Shown here piece after piece: positions 62,356-64,000 of a stretch of 64,000 nt of DNA. Made by a program: the position numbers and the translations under genes. The first letter of the stretch is position 1. Each line of letters begins with the position of its first letter. The stretch lies in NCBI GenBank assembly GCA_965198235.1, contig OZ240248.1, positions 3,520,001-3,584,000 of the forward strand, in the 5' to 3' direction. The notes beneath the pieces are model-generated. The model saw only the letters and a program-made list of their open reading frames with translations. It did not search any database and was not told the origin of the DNA. The DNA comes from Candidatus Poribacteria bacterium (GTDB taxonomy: Bacteria > Poribacteria > WGA-4E > WGA-3G).

Positions 62356-62964
62356 TTATTCAGTTTCATCAATCCCTAAGCTTCCAAGGATTTGTTGCAC
62401 CAGTTCAGCCTTAGGCTTTGCTCCGATGAAGCCCTGGACAATTTCTCCATCTTTGAATACGATATAGGTGGGCGTTCCACGAATGTGATATTCAGCCGTT
62501 TTCTCCAGTTGGGTATTTACATCCAACTTGACGAAACTAAATATCTCGCGATATTCCAATGCAACTTCTGCGACCACCGGTCTCATCAGTATGCAAAATG
62601 CTCAGGTATCGTCTTTAAATTCTACCACAATGGGGAGTTCGGAACCCAAGACAATATCGTCAAACGTCGCATCCGTGACTTCAAACGGGATACCGGATCT
62701 CCTACCAAAATGGCTTGCGACGCGTGTCAAATCGAGGATATTGACGGTGCCGTCACCGTTGACATCCGGGTTAAGGGGCTGATCTGCGGTGGGTGTCGTG
62801 CCAAAGTTTGCGGCGACGAGTGTCAAATCGAGAATGTTTATCACGCCATCGGCATTAACATCGGAGGCACTCAGGGCATCAAAAACCGCGTCTTGTGTGT
62901 AGCCTACAATTGAACTTGTAAGCATTAAGCAGGTCGTTAGCAGTAAAACGGTGATTTTTTTCAT
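62356..62964 (-). CDS. Predicted selenoprotein (202 aa): signal peptide, dockerin-like pair, thioredoxin with UxxC (UGA at 62602-62604)
   Basis: ATG at 62964; ...VVEFKDDT-TGA-AFCILMRPVV...RGTPTYIVF reads in frame into ORF 62356-62586. Confidence 0.8.
62560..62595 (-). promoter_or_regulatory. Candidate bacterial SECIS element
   Basis: mRNA UGCA..CUG..GACC-GGU-GGUC..CAG..UGCA hairpin; G-starting loop 23 nt after the UGA (folded by eye). Confidence 0.5.
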
Positions 62965-62984
62965 CTGTTTTTTCCGTATGTGGT

Positions 62985-64000
62985 TTATGCATGTGCTTGG
63001 TGCCATTCTTGAACTGCTTCGGGAATCGCTTGGAGATTCTCGATTGTCGTTTGAAGTGGGATTGCACACTCCGGTCCGATCAATGGGACACCTGCCTCAA
63101 GGTTTTTTACGACCTCTGCTTTAACGTCTTCCGGCTCTTTAGAAAACAGCGTTTCGGGGTTGTTGATGTTTCCGACGAGGGCAATGCGCTCCTGAACGAT
63201 GTCCATGGATTCTTGGGGTTCGTTTTTGGAATCGTAGTGGAAGGCGGACATGCCGGTCTGTGCGATGTACTCCATTCTATCAACAGTGCGCCCGCAGATA
63301 TGCAGGATTAAGGGAATAGGGATCCGTTCAACAAATTCGATGTGGAGGTCCCGAAGATAGCGTTGGTAGTATTCGCCACTGACGAGATCGCCTGTGGCGT
63401 GGTCGGGGAGCGTCAGCGCGTCGGCACCTGCCTCAATTTGTGCGACCCCGAATTGTACGGTGGCTTCCTTCATCCGATCGAGTGCGAGTTTCGTTTTACC
63501 GGGATCGTCAAGTGAGAGCAACAGGAAGGGTTCAACCCCGAAGCAGTGGTAACCGAGCGACCAGGGTCCCATCGTTTTCCCGATGACAGCGATTTCATCG
63601 CCGTATTCTTTCTTCAGGATTTTAATCGCTTCGAGGACGCACTGGGTATCGGGATGGGTCAAGAAATCGTCCGGTATAGCGATGTCGTCAACATCTTCCC
63701 AGATCGGTTCTCGCATTCTAACGGTGGGCCAGTTGTCCTTCTGTTCCCACTGAATTTTACAACCGAGTGCACTGGATTCTTGAATGATCGTGAAAACAGG
63801 CATGATGGTGTCGAATCCGAGTTCGGTATATCCTGTGGCGGCGAGTCGCGCCATGAGTTCCGGTTCTCGATTTGCCTGTGGGAAAGGGGCATCAACGAGA
63901 TCCATCAGTTCGACTGTAGCAACAGAAGTAGGGTTGCAGATAGGCGTGCGGTCGGTCGGTTCATTACGGAGCGCGGCGAGCACCCGTTCACGACCTGTCA
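62985..64000 (-). CDS. MtaA/CmuA methylcobamide methyltransferase / URO-D family protein; start codon cut by the window edge
   Basis: TGRERVLAAL N-terminus, LHICG zinc motif, VGNIN, GPEC. Confidence 0.85.
   Translation of the reverse strand, partial: TGRERVLAALRNEPTDRTPICNPTSVATVELMDLVDAPFPQANREPELMARLAATGYTELGFDTIMPVFTIIQESSALGCKIQWEQKDNWPTVRMREPIWEDVDDIAIPDDFLTHPDTQCVLEAIKILKKEYGDEIAVIGKTMGPWSLGYHCFGVEPFLLLSLDDPGKTKLALDRMKEATVQFGVAQIEAGADALTLPDHATGDLVSGEYYQRYLRDLHIEFVERIPIPLILHICGRTVDRMEYIAQTGMSAFHYDSKNEPQESMDIVQERIALVGNINNPETLFSKEPEDVKAEVVKNLEAGVPLIGPECAIPLQTTIENLQAIPEAVQEWHQAHA

Noticed and set aside
60840-62604. Genome-wide UGA reassignment (code 4 or 25) as the explanation for the in-frame TGAs
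   Set aside because: TGA is the natural stop of miaB, mutS2, dnaG and others in this window, and the two TGAs align with the catalytic Cys rather than Trp or Gly

Overview
A gene-dense bacterial window with about 50 CDS and 3 tRNAs. Its content (LamG and TolB/PD40 secreted proteins with a shared C-terminal V-E-P-x-x-K-L-x-T-x-W-x-x-L-K tail, PhyH dioxygenases, Uma2 endonuclease, dockerin-like repeats, PorV-like barrels) resembles Candidatus Poribacteria; this taxonomy is an inference. Housekeeping genes are miaB, map, nadE, mutS2, dnaG-rpoD-tRNA-Ile2-tRNA-Val, hisC, ispG and uppP. The strongest hidden signal is at 60.6-63.0 kb. Two tandem paralogues each look like a pair of split ORFs, but each has an in-frame UGA exactly at the first Cys of a thioredoxin CxxC (U-P-F-C and U-A-F-C), followed by a SECIS-like hairpin. 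They are most likely signal-peptide-bearing, dockerin-fused seleno-thioredoxins. Also notable: a eukaryote-type glutamine-dependent NAD synthetase, a candidate C-terminal protein-sorting signal on six secreted proteins, a two-amidohydrolase plus Rieske cluster resembling dinuclear oxygenases, and many GTAG-type REP elements, some with loop insertions, plus a palindromic repeat inserted in frame in a restriction-modification gene. I saw no CRISPR array, transposase or reverse transcriptase. All product calls come from motif recognition by eye, not database searches.
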